This document shows, piece after piece, positions 62,920-64,000 of a stretch of DNA of 64,000 bases. Positions within the stretch are counted from its first letter, which is position 1; each line of letters starts with the position of its first letter. This DNA comes from Ruminococcaceae bacterium OttesenSCG-928-D13 (GTDB taxonomy: Bacteria > Bacillota > Clostridia > Oscillospirales > Ruminococcaceae), in NCBI GenBank assembly GCA_030266915.1, contig JAJDIZ010000001.1, positions 9,793 through 73,792 of the forward strand, in the 5' to 3' direction. Under the pieces are notes generated by a model. That model saw nothing but the letters and a program-made list of their open reading frames with translations, ran no database searches and was not told the DNA's origin. The translations under genes were made by a program, and so were the position numbers.

Positions 62920-63732
62920 GTGTACAAAGCGGTCATTGTGGATGACGAGGAGGTCATCGTTGCGGGGCTTTCAAAGCTGCTGCCCTGGGAGAAGTATGGC
63001 TGCCGGGTGGTCGGCACCGCCGGCGGGGGCCTCGAGGCGCTGGCTTTGGTGCGCGAGCAGCACCCCCACATCCTGTTTACCGATATCCGCATGCCCGGCA
63101 TGGACGGCCTGGCCCTGATTGCGGCCTTGCGCAGCGAGTTCCCCGAAATGCAGGTGACCATCCTCTCGGGCTACCCGGAGTTTGACTACGCCCAGCGGGC
63201 CATCCGCCTTGGGGTGACAAGTTACATCCTCAAGCCCAGCAGGATGCAGGAGCTGGAGGAGGCGCTCGCCCAGATGGTGGCCCGGCTGGATGCGGCCGAA
63301 GTGCCGGGGGAGAACGCGCCGGATGAAATGACGCCGCCTGCCGGGGATGCCGAAGGTGCCCCTGCGCCCCTGCCGGCCGGCCCCGCTTCCCCGGAGGACA
63401 CCGCCGGCAATTTCATCATCAAAAACGCCATCCAGTACATTGAGGCCCACTACGCCGAGAAGCTCAGCCTGCCCCAGGTGGCCGAGCAGGTCTATGTCAG
63501 CCAGTGGCACCTCTCGAAGCTGATCGCCCGCAACACCGGGCAGAGCTTCTCCGACCTGCTGAACGGGGTGCGCATCGCCCGGGCCAAGGAGCTGCTCGAA
63601 GACCCGGCCCTGAGAATCTGGGAGATAAGCGAGCAAGTGGGCTTCTCCGATGTGACCCACTTCTCACGCATTTTCAAAAAGCTGGAAAACCAGAGCGCCA
63701 ATGAGTACCGCAACCGCCTTTCGGGCGGATAA
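62920..63732 (+). CDS. Response regulator (YesN-like: CheY receiver + AraC-type HTH)
   Basis: GTG start. The receiver has DDEE...TDIRMPGMDG. A Pro/Ala-rich linker precedes the AraC HTH (ISEQVGFSDVTHFSRIFKK). Confidence 0.85.
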   Translation: MYKAVIVDDEEVIVAGLSKLLPWEKYGCRVVGTAGGGLEALALVREQHPHILFTDIRMPGMDGLALIAALRSEFPEMQVTILSGYPEFDYAQRAIRLGVTSYILKPSRMQELEEALAQMVARLDAAEVPGENAPDEMTPPAGDAEGAPAPLPAGPASPEDTAGNFIIKNAIQYIEAHYAEKLSLPQVAEQVYVSQWHLSKLIARNTGQSFSDLLNGVRIARAKELLEDPALRIWEISEQVGFSDVTHFSRIFKKLENQSANEYRNRLSGG

Positions 63733-63757
63733 GACGGGATGGAAGCAATCACACGGG

Positions 63758-63786
63758 TAGCCGCTTTTTTGGCGGCTGCTTTTTGC
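63758..63786 (+). terminator. Rho-independent terminator
   Basis: AGCCGC-TTTTTT-GGCGGCT followed by GCTTTTTG. Confidence 0.65.
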
Positions 63787-63818
63787 TGTGAAAAAATGTG
63801 AAAGTGCGGTGAAAAAGA

Positions 63819-63864
63819 TTGCATGGTGACAGCCTGTCAGCTATACTTAGTGACAGATTGTCAC
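63819..63864 (+). promoter_or_regulatory. Promoter with two palindromic operator candidates for the downstream TetR-family gene
   Basis: TTGCAT (63819-24), 17 nt, TATACT (63842-47). The palindromes are TGACAG-C-CTGTCA (63827-39, in the spacer) and GTGACA-GAT-TGTCAC (63850-64, at or after +1). Confidence 0.65.
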
Positions 63865-63876
63865 CCGGAGGTAAAC

Positions 63877-64000
63877 ATGCCGACTGAGCGTTTCCTGAAC
63901 CTGCCCGCCGAAAAGCGGGAGCGCGTTTTGCGCGCAGCCGTGGAAGAAATGGCCCGCGTGCCTTTTTCTGAGGTCTCCATCAACCGCATCATCCAGGCCG
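63877..64000 (+). CDS. TetR/AcrR family transcriptional regulator, 3'-truncated by the window edge
   Basis: GGAGG RBS 7 nt before the ATG at 63877. MPTERFLNLPAEKRERVLRAAVEEMARVPFSEVSINRIIQA resembles a TetR N-terminal HTH region. It is open to the end of the window. Confidence 0.6.
   Translation, partial: MPTERFLNLPAEKRERVLRAAVEEMARVPFSEVSINRIIQA

Noticed and set aside
1-64000. Search for mobile elements, prophage, toxin-antitoxin or defence systems, tRNA/rRNA and CRISPR arrays
   Set aside because: I saw no transposase, integrase, recombinase, phage structural gene, restriction-modification, Cas or toxin-antitoxin signature in any frame. I recognised no cloverleaf-like tRNA or rRNA sequence and no short regularly spaced direct repeats. 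The window is metabolic and transport in content.

Overview
The window is a GC-rich, densely coding chromosomal segment with GGAGG-type ribosome-binding sites and a Clostridia-like gene repertoire (YesM/YesN two-component system, ArsR-permease-thioredoxin triad, Opp-like and CUT1-like ABC systems). The taxon is inferred and was not verified. I support about 57 CDS. I found no rRNA, tRNA, CRISPR array, transposase, integrase or recognisable defence gene.

Modules from left to right:
1. 1-19.4 kb, + strand: a sugar or glycoside oxidation locus. It holds ThuA-like, two iron-sulfur-flavoprotein-like proteins, an FAD reductase, a CocE/NonD hydrolase, VOC, two Gfo/Idh/MocA, an aldo/keto reductase (AKR), four xylose-isomerase-like TIM-barrel proteins, SnoaL-like and two MFS transporters, plus ROK and RpiR regulators.
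2. 19.7-25.0 kb, + strand: two amidohydrolases plus a TldD/PmbA pair.
3. 25.1-39.0 kb, - strand: an Opp-like peptide ABC system whose permeases carry large N-terminal extensions, then two D-2-hydroxyacid dehydrogenases, a GarR-like reductase, a third amidohydrolase, glycerate kinase and CdaR.
4. 39.4-48.5 kb: LUD-domain protein, ArsR-permease-thioredoxin-like triad, IclR-eda-kdgK, a DUF606 pair, GNAT, VanZ and a P-loop kinase fusion.
5. 48.8-64 kb: orphan EIIC-like protein, GntR plus ABC-2 exporter, GH94 phosphorylase, phosphoglucomutase, YesM-like kinase, sugar ABC transporter, YesN-like regulator and a truncated TetR gene.

The most unusual thing I see directly in the sequence is not a gene. 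It is a family of five ~80-90 nt imperfect-palindrome repeats at 48.5, 53.25, 55.78, 57.37 and 62.76 kb. They share an asymmetric conserved core (GAGCG..CTAGGGCTWAGGATRTGC...GCAY...) with compensatory changes in three nested stems. They occur in both orientations, and one near-identical inverted pair brackets the GH94 gene.

All functional calls come from motif and family recognition by eye. No database search was run.
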